Shown: piece by piece, positions 19,472 through 28,928 of the stretch
How positions within the stretch are numbered: the stretch's first letter is position 1
Layout of the letters: each line of letters starts with the position of its first letter
Assembly: GCA_949297125.1 (NCBI GenBank)
Contig: CASFRS010000027.1
Location: forward strand, 76,465 to 140,464
DNA length: 64,000 bases
Origin: an uncultured Bacteroidales bacterium
GTDB lineage: Bacteria; Bacteroidota; Bacteroidia; Bacteroidales; G3-4614
Direction of reading: 5' to 3'
Notes under the pieces: model-generated
The model's database searches: none
Seen by the model: the letters and a program-made list of their open reading frames with translations, nothing else
Told to the model about the DNA's origin: nothing
Made by a program: the position numbers and the translations under genes

Positions 19472-20623
19472 ATGGATGAGCAGTTCGACGATATACGTCC
19501 GTTCAATGACGACGAGATACCGGCAGCCGTAGCCAGCCTGTCAAAAGAGGAATATTTCAGAAAAGTCGCGGAGTACCTGCCGGGCGATACCGACACGTTC
19601 ATGCAGGAGTTCTCCAAAGTCTCCACGACCGATGATTTCCAGACCCGCATGCTTTTCCCGTTTCTCCGCTGGATAGCCCGAACCACGTCCGATTCGCTTC
19701 TCGGAGTCGGGTTCGGGAACATCGACCCGTCAAAACCGTACACATACATATCCAATCACCGCGACATCCTGCTCGACGCCACCCTTCTTGGGCTGTTGCT
19801 TGCCGAGCACGGCATCCCCACCCCCGAAACCGCACTGGGCGACAACCTGCTCGTCTATCCGTGGATGAGCCAGTTGGTGCGCGTGAACAAAAGCATTATC
19901 GTATACCGCAACATGCCCATGATGAAGACGCTCGAAGAGGCACACCGCCTGTCGGGATACATAAACCACGCCCTGCGCGACAAGAACCGTTCCGTATGGA
20001 TAGCCCAGCGCGAGGGGCGGGCGAAAAATTCCGACGACAGGACGCAGGAGAGCGTCATAAAGATGCTGGCGCTGGAGGGCGACGGCGACCTGCGGCATAA
20101 CGTGGAAGCGTTGAACATAGCCCCCGTCTCCATATCGTACGAGTACGACCCGTGCGATTACCTGAAGGCGCGCGAGTTCCAGTTGAAGCGCGACAACCCC
20201 GATTACAGGAAGTCGCCCAAGGACGATTTGAAAAGCATGTCCACCGGGTTGTTGGGAAAAAAGGGGAATATCCGTTTCTCCATATCGGGTTCCATAAATG
20301 CCGAAGTGGCAAAACTCCCGTGCCACCTCAAGCGTTCCGAATTCTTTACGGCCGTGGCCGCGATAATGGACAGGAAAATACATCAGGGGTATTGCCTCTT
20401 TGCGGGCAATTACGTGGCGTACGACATGCTTGCCGCAACGGGCCGGTTTGTCGACAAGTATACCCCTGCCGAAAAACAGGAGTTCGAGACCTATCTCGAA
20501 GGGCAGCTTGCAAAGATAGAAAACCTGCCCAGCCCCGATTACCCCTATCTAAAGGCCAGGATGCTCGAAATGTACGCCAACCCCCTTCGCAACCGGATGG
20601 CCGTATGCGGCTGCCCGCTGTAA
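19472..20623 (+). CDS. PlsC-family (lysophospholipid/glycerol) acyltransferase
   Basis: 383 aa with the HX4D acyltransferase motif (NHRDILLD) and a downstream ..WIAQREGRAKN.. block. Confidence 0.8.
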   Translation: MDEQFDDIRPFNDDEIPAAVASLSKEEYFRKVAEYLPGDTDTFMQEFSKVSTTDDFQTRMLFPFLRWIARTTSDSLLGVGFGNIDPSKPYTYISNHRDILLDATLLGLLLAEHGIPTPETALGDNLLVYPWMSQLVRVNKSIIVYRNMPMMKTLEEAHRLSGYINHALRDKNRSVWIAQREGRAKNSDDRTQESVIKMLALEGDGDLRHNVEALNIAPVSISYEYDPCDYLKAREFQLKRDNPDYRKSPKDDLKSMSTGLLGKKGNIRFSISGSINAEVAKLPCHLKRSEFFTAVAAIMDRKIHQGYCLFAGNYVAYDMLAATGRFVDKYTPAEKQEFETYLEGQLAKIENLPSPDYPYLKARMLEMYANPLRNRMAVCGCPL

Positions 20624-20673
20624 ACGCCATGGCGGCAGGGGTTCCGCAGTGCCGCTGAAAAGGAAATGAAAAG

Positions 20674-20724
20674 ATAACAGGAGAGCCGTACCGGCAGAAA
20701 CGCCCGGTACGGCTCTCCTGTTAT
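20674..20724. terminator. Perfect 21-bp-stem hairpin between convergent genes (bidirectional terminator candidate)
   Basis: ATAACAGGAGAGCCGTACCGG (20674-20694) pairs with CCGGTACGGCTCTCCTGTTAT (20704-20724) across a 9-nt loop. The flank is A-rich on the left, which gives a T-rich tail for the minus-strand tsaC transcript. Confidence 0.6.
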
Positions 20725-20744
20725 CCCTGCTTCGGGGCGTGCGG

Positions 20745-21350
20745 CTACAATATCAGTTCCCCTGCCCCCTGCCTTACAATGACAACCTCGTTTCCGGTAC
20801 AGTCGGCCACGGTCGACGCAACCTCTCCCCCGATGCCGCCGTCTATTATAACGTCGGCAATACCCGAGTACTTCTCGGCAATAAGCCCGGGGTCCGTAAC
20901 ATATCCAATCTCTTCGTCATCGTTCAGCGACGATGAAAGGAGCGGGTTTCCCAGGGCCTCCGCCAGTTTGCGCGGAATGGAGTTGCCGGGAATCCTTACC
21001 CCTACGCTCTTCCTGTTCTTGTACAGTTTGGGCAGTCCCGAAGCCGTAGGCAGTATGAATGTGAACGGGCCGGGAGTGTTGTTTTTCAGCAACTTGAAAT
21101 TGGAGTCGCTTATTTTGGCGTATTTGCTGAGCGAGGCGATATCCCAGCCCAGAATCGACAGGTTCGACTTGAGCGGGTTTATTCCTTTCAGCTTGCAAAT
21201 CCGTTCGGCGGCCCTCACGTTCAGGGCGTCGCACCCTATTGCGTAAACCGTATCGGTGGGGTAAATCACAACCCCGCCGCTGCGCAACGTGTCGGCAATC
21301 TTCTCTACGTCGCTCTGACGCGGATTGTTTTCATACAGGCGGACAACCAT
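20745..21350 (-). CDS. tsaC: L-threonylcarbamoyladenylate synthase (YrdC/Sua5 domain)
   Basis: 201 aa with YrdC-fold motifs (YPTDTVYAIGCD, GPFTFILP, SSSLN). Confidence 0.88.
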   Translation of the reverse strand: MVVRLYENNPRQSDVEKIADTLRSGGVVIYPTDTVYAIGCDALNVRAAERICKLKGINPLKSNLSILGWDIASLSKYAKISDSNFKLLKNNTPGPFTFILPTASGLPKLYKNRKSVGVRIPGNSIPRKLAEALGNPLLSSSLNDDEEIGYVTDPGLIAEKYSGIADVIIDGGIGGEVASTVADCTGNEVVIVRQGAGELIL

Positions 21351-21367
21351 GGCTCTCCCGGCAAAGT

Positions 21368-22585
21368 TTATTTAAGGTGCGGCAGGTTGTGCCCCATGCG
21401 GTTTTTCTTGGTCTTCATGTAGAACTCGTTGTACGGGTTCGGCTCAATCTCGATAGGGACGTTCTCCACAATCTCCAGCCCGTACCCCTCCAGCCCGATG
21501 CGTTTTACCGGGTTGTTGGTTATGAGTTTCATCTTGTGTACCCCCAGTTCGTGCAGGATGCTCGCCCCCACGCCGTAATCGCGTTCGTCGGCCAGGTGTC
21601 CCAGAATAATGTTGGCGTCCACCGTATCCATGCCGTCCTCCTGCAGTTTGTAGGCCTTTATCTTGTCCATAAGCCCTATGCCCCGGCCCTCCTGGTTCAG
21701 GTAAACCAGAACCCCTTTCCCGGCGCGGTCTATCATCTCCATCGCCTTGTGCAGCTGTTCGCCGCAGTCGCAGCGTTTCGAGCAGAAGATATCGCCCGTG
21801 TAACACGAAGAATGGACGCGTACCAGTATCGGTTCGTCCGGTTCCCACGTCCCCTTGAACAGCGCCACATGCTCCAGCCCGTTCGACTTCTGCAGGAACG
21901 GAATAAGCCTGAAATGCCCGTGTCCGGTAGGCATGTCCACCTCTACGCCTTTCTCCACTATCGATTCCTGTTTCAGCCTGTAGGCAATCAGGTCGCGAAT
22001 GGAAATAAGCTTGAACCCGTATTCGTCGGCCATTTTGCGCAGTTCCGGCAACCGGGCCATCGAACCGTCTTCATTCATAATCTCCATAAGCGCCCCGGCA
22101 GGGTAAAGTCCTGCCAGTCTGGCCAGGTCTATGGCCGCTTCCGTATGCCCCGCGCGGCGGAGCACCCCTTTCTCCTGGGCGTAAAGGGGGTTTATGTGTC
22201 CCGGCCGCCCGAAAGTGGAGGGTGTCGAGGCAGGGTCGGCCAGGGCCCTTATGGTAGCGGCCCTGTCGGCGGCCGAAACCCCCGTGGAGCACCCCTCCAG
22301 TTTGTCTATGGTAACGGTAAAGGGCGTTCCCAGAACCGAGGTGTTGTCGCTTACCTGGTGGGGCAGGTCGAGTTCCTTGCAGCGCGACAAGGTAATGGGG
22401 GCGCAAAGTACGCCCCTGGCATGTTTCAGCATGAAGTTCACCTTCTCGGGCGTAATCTTCTCGGCGGCGATTATCAGGTCTCCTTCGTTTTCCCTGTCCT
22501 CGTCGTCCACGACAATCACGAATTCCCCCTTTCTGAACTCTTCTATTGCGCTGTCTATGCTGTCGAGCATTATTCTATTTTCCAT
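21368..22585 (-). CDS. ribBA: Bifunctional DHBP synthase / GTP cyclohydrolase II
   Basis: 405 aa. The N-terminal RibB part has [14 protein letters not shown]. The C-terminal RibA part has [15 protein letters not shown] and NQEGRGIGL. Confidence 0.95.
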   Translation of the reverse strand: MENRIMLDSIDSAIEEFRKGEFVIVVDDEDRENEGDLIIAAEKITPEKVNFMLKHARGVLCAPITLSRCKELDLPHQVSDNTSVLGTPFTVTIDKLEGCSTGVSAADRAATIRALADPASTPSTFGRPGHINPLYAQEKGVLRRAGHTEAAIDLARLAGLYPAGALMEIMNEDGSMARLPELRKMADEYGFKLISIRDLIAYRLKQESIVEKGVEVDMPTGHGHFRLIPFLQKSNGLEHVALFKGTWEPDEPILVRVHSSCYTGDIFCSKRCDCGEQLHKAMEMIDRAGKGVLVYLNQEGRGIGLMDKIKAYKLQEDGMDTVDANIILGHLADERDYGVGASILHELGVHKMKLITNNPVKRIGLEGYGLEIVENVPIEIEPNPYNEFYMKTKKNRMGHNLPHLK

Positions 22586-22590
22586 AACAG

Positions 22591-24513
22591 TTATATAGTT
22601 TCGTTGTTTTTCTTCTTTTCCATATCCCTCTCTACGAGGATTTTTATTTCGGCGTTCGTTTTCCGAATAACCTCCAGCTCCCGTTTCAGGTCCTTCTGTT
22701 CGTACAGGCCTATAAGGTAAACCGGGACGGAAAGGGGCAGGAGCGCCGCCGCAACCAGTCCGGCCTTTTCATTGCCGCGGCAGGGCGAGTAGAAGAACGA
22801 CCTGCGCAGGACGGGATAATCCATCAGTTTCAGGATAACCAGTTGCGAACGGGTGTTGGTTGCGTATTCCACAAAACTTTCCGTCTCGTTCCGCAGCCTG
22901 TCGAGCAGTTTCATGTCCACGCCCTTCCGCCAGTAAGCCGCAAACCCCTGTATCCCCTTGCCGCAGCTCTCCTGCATGGCCTTGCATGTCTCGTCCAGTT
23001 CAGCGGCCCTTCTCAGCATTTCGGCATCCGATACATCATCCATTACAATCTCCTTCAGTTCCAGTTTCCGGGTAAGGTGTCTCTTGAACACTTTCTTGAA
23101 GAAGTTCAGGTATGCATCCCTGTTGAACAGCGAAGAGTCGTTCATCGCCTTGTATGTGAAGAAGATGCCGAGCGGGAGCAGTGCGGCCGAGCTGAGCCAT
23201 ATCCCCTCCCATACGGGCCATACCCCGTCGCGGGCCATTTTGTACCCCGAATTGTCTATTATGTAGTAGAAAATGAACAGGAATACCGAAATGACGATAG
23301 GCGTACCCAGCCCCCCCTTCCTGATAATCGCCCCGAGGGGTGCGCCGATAAAGAAGAAGACGAGGCACGCGAACGACAGGGTGAATTTTTTGTGCATTTC
23401 AATCTCGTGCCGTCTTATCATGAACTTCTGCGAGTCGGCATTGTAACTCTTGAACTCGTACTCCTGCTTTACGTTCCTGGCGCGCGTCAGCGCCCTGTTG
23501 AGCCAGTTCTCGCGCTGCTGAATCGGGGCCGAGGCGTATATCTCTTCAATGTCGAAGCCCTCCAGCGGTTTTCTCTCCGGCGGGGCAATCGATATGGACG
23601 GCCTGTTGGTGATGGTGTAGTACCCCGAGCGTTTCAGGTCCTTGCCTATATCCATGCCTATGCTGTCCACTTTCAGCGACATGGAGTCGATTGAACTGCG
23701 CAGTTTCGATATGTTCTTCCCTATGTGCTGGTCGGCCATTGACGATTCGTCCATTCTGGTAAAGCCCGCGTCGAAAGGGATGAGGATATCCTTGAAGGAA
23801 AATACCTCCCGCCTGTAAGGCACGCTTCCGGTAGCCCCGCGCTGGTCCCTGAGGTTCTCGAACGACTCGCCCCCGTACAGGGTAAGGAACAGGTATTTCT
23901 TGTCGTCGGTAAATTTCAGTTTCCCCGAGTCGGCGAGGATAATCATCGCATTCTCGAAGCCGTCCGAAATATCGTATATTATAATATCGTGCAGCATGCC
24001 GGTTTTCCGGTCCTTCTGCTTTACGTACAGGTTGTACCCCTTTATCTGGTCGTAGAACACCCCTTCGGGAATCTCCAGTTCGGGCGACTTCTGTTTCATG
24101 GAATACAGCAGCGAGTACATCTTCACCTGTGTCTTCGGCAGGACGTCGTTTTGGAAGAAGAATGCCGCTACGGAAATAATTACGATTGTTATTATAAGCG
24201 GGCGCATCATCTTTATAAGCGAAACGCCCGAGGCTTTTATGGCAAGCAGTTCAAACCGTTCGCCCAGGTTGCCGAAAGTCATCAGCGAGGCCAGGAGTAT
24301 CGCCAGCGGCAGGGCGAGCGGCACCATCGACAGTGCGGCGTAGAAGAAGAGTTCCGCCAGCAGTTCAATCTCAATCCCTTTCCCCACGAGGTCCTTTACG
24401 TGTCGCCACAGGAACTGCATCAGCACGATGAACAGGCAAATGGCGAAAGTCATCAGGAACAATGGCAGGAACGTCTTGAGAATAAAAATATATAAGCGTT
24501 TTATCCTGAGCAT
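22591..24513 (-). CDS. LptF/LptG-family (YjgP/YjgQ) LPS export permease with a C-terminal extension
   Basis: Internal ATG start ([19 protein letters not shown]..). Three TM helices, a periplasmic beta-jellyroll region, three more TM helices, then about 190 extra C-terminal residues. It ends 5 nt before ribBA. Confidence 0.85.
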   Translation of the reverse strand: MLRIKRLYIFILKTFLPLFLMTFAICLFIVLMQFLWRHVKDLVGKGIEIELLAELFFYAALSMVPLALPLAILLASLMTFGNLGERFELLAIKASGVSLIKMMRPLIITIVIISVAAFFFQNDVLPKTQVKMYSLLYSMKQKSPELEIPEGVFYDQIKGYNLYVKQKDRKTGMLHDIIIYDISDGFENAMIILADSGKLKFTDDKKYLFLTLYGGESFENLRDQRGATGSVPYRREVFSFKDILIPFDAGFTRMDESSMADQHIGKNISKLRSSIDSMSLKVDSIGMDIGKDLKRSGYYTITNRPSISIAPPERKPLEGFDIEEIYASAPIQQRENWLNRALTRARNVKQEYEFKSYNADSQKFMIRRHEIEMHKKFTLSFACLVFFFIGAPLGAIIRKGGLGTPIVISVFLFIFYYIIDNSGYKMARDGVWPVWEGIWLSSAALLPLGIFFTYKAMNDSSLFNRDAYLNFFKKVFKRHLTRKLELKEIVMDDVSDAEMLRRAAELDETCKAMQESCGKGIQGFAAYWRKGVDMKLLDRLRNETESFVEYATNTRSQLVILKLMDYPVLRRSFFYSPCRGNEKAGLVAAALLPLSVPVYLIGLYEQKDLKRELEVIRKTNAEIKILVERDMEKKKNNETI

Positions 24514-24539
24514 CGCATGTAGGCAATAATATGCCGCTG

Positions 24540-24547
24540 CAAAGATA
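24540..24547 (-). promoter_or_regulatory. Bacteroidota -7 promoter box (TATCTTTG on minus strand) for lptF/G-ribBA
   Basis: TAnnTTTG match 27 nt upstream of ATG 24513. Confidence 0.5.
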
Positions 24548-24612
24548 GTGAAAGGAACCGAATAACGCGCAATCCGGGGTGCGGTTTTAGGGCTTTGCCC
24601 CACGGCCGGTTG

Positions 24613-24631
24613 CCCGGTGCAAACTCCGGCA
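24613..24631. repeat. Direct repeat copy 1 (CCCGGTGCAAACTCCGGCA)
   Basis: 18/19 identical to 24829-24847. Both copies lie in the same GC-rich spacer. Confidence 0.7.
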
Positions 24632-24691
24632 GGCCGGCGCTCCCGTGTGCGCGCCGGAAGCCTGCCGTGCGCATTTGCGTGTATCGGGGGG

Positions 24692-24712
24692 GCGGGAGCG
24701 GGCCGCTCCCGC
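24692..24712. repeat. GC-rich palindrome GCGGGAGCGG-G-CCGCTCCCGC
   Basis: 10+10 nt perfect dyad around one central base, preceded by a G7 run (24686-24692). There is no T-tract on either side. Confidence 0.6.
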
Positions 24713-24828
24713 GGTATTGTGGTAAGGTGCCGTCAGGTCTTGTGTGCCGTCGGGTCGTGGTCGCGGGCCTCTGCTGTCGGCGGGCGGAAGGGTGCTGGTA
24801 GCGGCGGAACGGCGGGCCGGTGCCCGTT

Positions 24829-24847
24829 CCCGGCGCAAACTCCGGCA
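24829..24847. repeat. Direct repeat copy 2 (CCCGGCGCAAACTCCGGCA)
   Basis: See copy 1. Both copies are also preceded by GGCCGGT. Confidence 0.7.
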
Positions 24848-24876
24848 TCGGGGAAGGGCAGGGTGGAGGCGTGGCG

Positions 24877-25260
24877 TCAGGTGCCGAGGCGCTTGCGGAG
24901 GGCCGAAATCTGTTCGTCCCACAGTTTCTTGCTGTCGTCCACTTCGTCCTGTTCCGCAAAGTCGGTTACCGTCAGCACCACGTTTCCCGTAAGTTCGTTA
25001 TGCGAAATCCTCAGTTCAAAATATGTTTTCGGATTGCAGTCGTCCGTCCAGTGGAACCTTATGTGCGAGCCCTGCCTCATCCCGCTTATTTCGGCCTTGC
25101 TCTCCTCCCTGTTCCAGAAAAAGGAGATGTCCTTGCCGTCGGCCTCGACAGCGTCGGCGAACCACGTAGCCAGGCCGGTAGGGGTGCTTATGTACTGCCA
25201 AAGCAGGTTTACGGAAATTTTGTTGAGATTGTACTCTTTACAATACATTAGCTTTTCCAT
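24877..25260 (-). CDS. START-like / AHSA1-type SRPBCC domain protein
   Basis: 127 aa with protein-like composition (..LWQYISTPTGLATWFAD..). Small helix-grip-type family; function unknown. Confidence 0.65.
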   Translation of the reverse strand: MEKLMYCKEYNLNKISVNLLWQYISTPTGLATWFADAVEADGKDISFFWNREESKAEISGMRQGSHIRFHWTDDCNPKTYFELRISHNELTGNVVLTVTDFAEQDEVDDSKKLWDEQISALRKRLGT

Positions 25261-25378
25261 ATATTATTGGAAATTTCAGTTCGGGAGCGAATATATATAT
25301 ATTTTTTTATTTTATCATTAACGCTAACTTTTTTTTTGGGACTTTTTTTCTAAAAAGGGGTACGAGTATGAAAAAAAT

Positions 25379-25401
25379 GTATATCTTTGCGGGAGATATA
25401 C
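25379..25401 (+). promoter_or_regulatory. susC promoter region: -7 box TATCTTTG (25382-25389) embedded in an 8-bp perfect dyad
   Basis: GTATATCT (25379-25386) and AGATATAC (25394-25401) are exact reverse complements. The TAnnTTTG match lies inside this dyad. The surrounding 360-bp spacer is AT-rich. Confidence 0.5.
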
Positions 25402-25621
25402 CCCAAACTGGGTTCTTGCGTGTGTTAAAAATGAAACGTTTTTAACATAAAATTATAGGAACAAAAAAGAGGCCGGATATATCTGCAAAACAAAAGGGGC
25501 AGGATGGGAACTCCTTTGTCTGCCGCGCCGCAAGCTGATTCAAGAAAGAGTGCGGCTTTTTGTTTGGAGGGGAACAGAAGACTGAATTTTAATCAATATA
25601 TTAACAACAAGAACATAGTCT

Positions 25622-28600
25622 ATGAGAAAAGAAATTCAGCACGACAGCCGTTTGGCGAAGTGCGTTTTTGCCTGTCTTAGTCCGACTTTGATAACAAAGC
25701 TCGGAATGAGTCTTCTTTTTGCGGCTTTGCTACCCTTGACAGCCAATGCTGCCAGGAAGGCCAGGGCCGAAGCCGTGTCATCGGTGGAAGGAGTTGTTCA
25801 AACTGCCGGGTTTGTAGTAAAGGGAACCGTTATCGACAACACCAAGGAGCCCCTTATAGGTGTGAGCGTATCGGTCGACGGGACTACAATCGGGACATCT
25901 ACCGATTTGGACGGAAATTACGAGTTGCAGATACCCGACGGGAAGAAAACCCTCGTGTTCTCCTATATAGGATATGCAACGCAGAAAATTCCCGTAAACA
26001 ACAAAGGAACCATAAACGTAACCCTTAAAGAAGACGATCAGGTGCTTTCCGAAGTTGTCGTAACCGCAATGGGTATAGAAAGGAAAGCCGAGTCTCTGAC
26101 CTATGCTACCCAGCAGGTGGGAGGTAAGGAGTTGACCCGTGCGAAGGAGTCCAACTTCATGAACTCGCTGCAAGGGAAAATGGCCGGTCTTAATATTACC
26201 CCGAACTCGTCGGGTGCCGGTGGCGGTTCGTCCAAGATAATCCTCCGCGGTGCGACCTCCATGCTCGGTAACAACCAGCCTCTTATCGTATTGGACGGTA
26301 TACCTCTGTCCAACGGTTTGTCTACGCAGACCAGCGAGGTAGCCGTAGAGGGCGGGCGCGACGCCGGTGATGCCCTTTCCATGATCAACCCCGACGACAT
26401 CGCCAGCATGTCCGTGCTGAAAGGTCCTAACGCAGCGGCCCTTTACGGTAGCGCCGCAAACAACGGTGTGATAATAATCAATACCAAGGGAGGCCGCGAA
26501 GGCAAGATAAGGGTGGACGTATCGAGCAACATCACGCTTGAAACCCCGCTCTTCACAATCGACAAGCAGACGGACTTCGCTCCGCAGATAACCGGTACTA
26601 CCATAGCCAACAACGGCTGGGGCAAACCCGTCGGCCAGCTGACGAACGACGAACTCGCCCTCTTCCCGTACCTTACAAGGAACGCGAAGAACCAGACCAA
26701 CGACTTCTTCAAGGTAGGGCAGACCTACAACAACAGTATATCGTTGAGCGGCGGTAACGAAACCACTACCGCATACTTCTCGTACGGTAACACCGTTCAG
26801 AAAGGCTTGCTCGAAAGAAACCGCTTCGTGCGCCACAACATGCTGTTCAAGGAGACGTTCAACGCGTTCAACAACAAGTTGAAAATCGACCTCTCGTTGA
26901 ACTATATCACGCAGAAAACCGAGAACCGTCCTTCAATCGGTAAGGCGTTCAACGCGTTGTCGGGACTCTACCGTATGCCTACCGCAGTGGACCTGCGCTA
27001 TTTCGACAAGAACAGAACCCACACCGGAACTACCGACGACGAAATCGTAAGGATAAACAAGAACCTCCAGGGATGGCCCGTACAGACATGGCCGTTCGGC
27101 GGGGATGCCTGGATCAACAACCCGTACTTCATGCAGGATGCAATAGACGATGACCTCGACAAGGACCGTATCCTTATGAACATAACGGCGAAGTACGAAA
27201 TAATAAAAGGCCTTGACTTCCAGGCTCGCGTAAGTTTGGACAAGACCATGACCAGCAACTACAACTACCGCGTGGCGTCAATCTGGTCCGACCAGTTCCA
27301 GACCCGTGCCGCATGGTACTACAGCTCGGAGGCGACAACCCGCGACATCTATTCCGACTACCTGCTTACCTATAACAAGGAGTTCAAGAACATATCGGTC
27401 AGCGCAACTCTGGGTTCCAGCTTCAAGAGGACGCGTTCGTCCAACAGCTCCATAACGACGTGGAACGATACCACGTTCGCCTACCCCAACATCACATGGC
27501 CGGGTCAGAGCAGCAGCCTTTCAGGCAACAAGAAGGACGTCCTGCTCCAGGCATCCGCATCCGGTATAACTGACAACTGGGAAACCGCAATATTCGCAAC
27601 GGCCCAGATAGGACTTTGGGAAAGGGCGTACATCGATGCATCAATAAGGAACGACTGGTCTAAAGCCTTCCAGCAGTTCACCACGTCCGAAGAAGGGTAT
27701 CTCTCGTTCCCCTACTGGTCGGTAGGTGCCAACCTGCTCCTCGACAAGTTCTTCAACAGGAAGTTCCGCAACCTGCAGCAGTTGAAGGTGAGGGGATCTT
27801 ACTCCATAGTAGGTAACTCCATACCTCTCAACAACTACAACGTGCAGACCATAAACCCGCAGAGCGGTGCGATATCGGCACGTAACGCGCCGTTCGAGAA
27901 CCCCAAGCCCGAGACCACCGAAGGTATAGAGTTCGGTATCGACGGTATAATCCTCAACAACAAGTTGGACTTCGACCTTACGTTCTACCAGAACACCATG
28001 TCCAACCAGTACCTGAACATAACCAACGCCGCCGGACAGACCCAGCCTATCAACTCGGGTAAGATCCGCAACCGCGGTGTCGAATTCACGGCCAACTACC
28101 ACATGCGTTTCGGAAAAGAGTTCCGTTGGACCACGGGTATCAACCTTGCATACAACGACAACAAGATTCTCGAAACCTACACGCCGTCCGACGGAGGTCA
28201 GGTTGAAATAACCGTAGGGGCAAGCTCCCTCTCCATACAGTCCAAGTACAAGGTGGGCGGTTCGTACGGCGACCTCTACGGCAAGGACTTCGTCCGTGAC
28301 CCGAACACGGGCCTCATACAGGTTAACTCCAACGGTCAGCCGCAGATATCGTCCACTTACGACAGGTATATCGGCAACACCACGGCCAAGTTCACTTTCG
28401 GATGGAACAACACCTTCTCGTGGAAAGGCCTTTCGGTATACATGTTGATCGACGGTAAGGTAGGCGGCAAGGTTATATCGCTCACCGAAGCTGACATGGA
28501 CTTCTACGGACTGTCGCAGCGTTCGGCCGATGCCCGTCTTTCCGGCCAGACCGTGGTATGGGACGGCGTAGAGGTAGCTGCGGTAACGTTGCCCGACGGG

Positions 28601-28900
28601 CAGAAAGTTCCGGCCCAGTCGTACTACGAGGCTATCGGCGGTAACCAGCTCGACTGCGCATACGACGCAACCAATATCCGTTTCCGCGAAATATCGGTAG
28701 GTTATACGTTCTACGACCTGTTGGGCGTATCCAAGAACCTTACCATATCGCTGGTCGGCAGGAACCTCGGCTTCATATACAAGAAAGCTCCGGTCGATCC
28801 CGACATCTCGGTAACGGCAGGTAACAACTTCGGTGGTGTGGAATCGTACTCTCTCCCGACTACCAGAAGCTATGGATTCAATATAAAAGTTACGTTCTAA
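25622..28900 (+). CDS. susC: SusC/RagA-family TonB-dependent outer membrane transporter
   Basis: 1092 aa. Carboxypeptidase-regulatory-like domain (VKGTVID..GVSVSV..TDLDGNYEL), a plug (..VVVTAMGIERK..), a large barrel and a C-terminal ..NIKVTF. There is no N-terminal STN/anti-sigma signalling extension. Confidence 0.93.
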   Translation: MRKEIQHDSRLAKCVFACLSPTLITKLGMSLLFAALLPLTANAARKARAEAVSSVEGVVQTAGFVVKGTVIDNTKEPLIGVSVSVDGTTIGTSTDLDGNYELQIPDGKKTLVFSYIGYATQKIPVNNKGTINVTLKEDDQVLSEVVVTAMGIERKAESLTYATQQVGGKELTRAKESNFMNSLQGKMAGLNITPNSSGAGGGSSKIILRGATSMLGNNQPLIVLDGIPLSNGLSTQTSEVAVEGGRDAGDALSMINPDDIASMSVLKGPNAAALYGSAANNGVIIINTKGGREGKIRVDVSSNITLETPLFTIDKQTDFAPQITGTTIANNGWGKPVGQLTNDELALFPYLTRNAKNQTNDFFKVGQTYNNSISLSGGNETTTAYFSYGNTVQKGLLERNRFVRHNMLFKETFNAFNNKLKIDLSLNYITQKTENRPSIGKAFNALSGLYRMPTAVDLRYFDKNRTHTGTTDDEIVRINKNLQGWPVQTWPFGGDAWINNPYFMQDAIDDDLDKDRILMNITAKYEIIKGLDFQARVSLDKTMTSNYNYRVASIWSDQFQTRAAWYYSSEATTRDIYSDYLLTYNKEFKNISVSATLGSSFKRTRSSNSSITTWNDTTFAYPNITWPGQSSSLSGNKKDVLLQASASGITDNWETAIFATAQIGLWERAYIDASIRNDWSKAFQQFTTSEEGYLSFPYWSVGANLLLDKFFNRKFRNLQQLKVRGSYSIVGNSIPLNNYNVQTINPQSGAISARNAPFENPKPETTEGIEFGIDGIILNNKLDFDLTFYQNTMSNQYLNITNAAGQTQPINSGKIRNRGVEFTANYHMRFGKEFRWTTGINLAYNDNKILETYTPSDGGQVEITVGASSLSIQSKYKVGGSYGDLYGKDFVRDPNTGLIQVNSNGQPQISSTYDRYIGNTTAKFTFGWNNTFSWKGLSVYMLIDGKVGGKVISLTEADMDFYGLSQRSADARLSGQTVVWDGVEVAAVTLPDGQKVPAQSYYEAIGGNQLDCAYDATNIRFREISVGYTFYDLLGVSKNLTISLVGRNLGFIYKKAPVDPDISVTAGNNFGGVESYSLPTTRSYGFNIKVTF

Positions 28901-28928
28901 TTTGAATTTAATAAAAAAGATATAAAAC

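Noticed and set aside
22586-22590. A search for FMN (RFN) riboswitches upstream of ribBA and ribD.
   Set aside because: ribBA starts 5 nt after the lptF/G stop. ribD shares a 38-bp divergent spacer with prmC. There is no room for a riboswitch of about 130 nt, and no RFN-like conserved core was seen.
24501-24959. ORFs of 111-152 aa on both strands across the GC-rich spacer (24501..24959 -, 24587..24922 -, 24617..25321 +).
   Set aside because: Their composition is extremely Arg/Pro/Ala/Gly-rich. They overlap the real START-like gene or the lptF/G start. They have no motifs and no promoter or start-site context.
25261-25621. A possible invertible (phase-variable) promoter upstream of susC, as is known for some Bacteroides surface loci.
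   Set aside because: The only flanking inverted repeats (AGATATA at 25394-25400 and TATATCT at 25477-25483) are 7 nt long and enclose about 75 bp without the promoter box. No site-specific recombinase gene is nearby.
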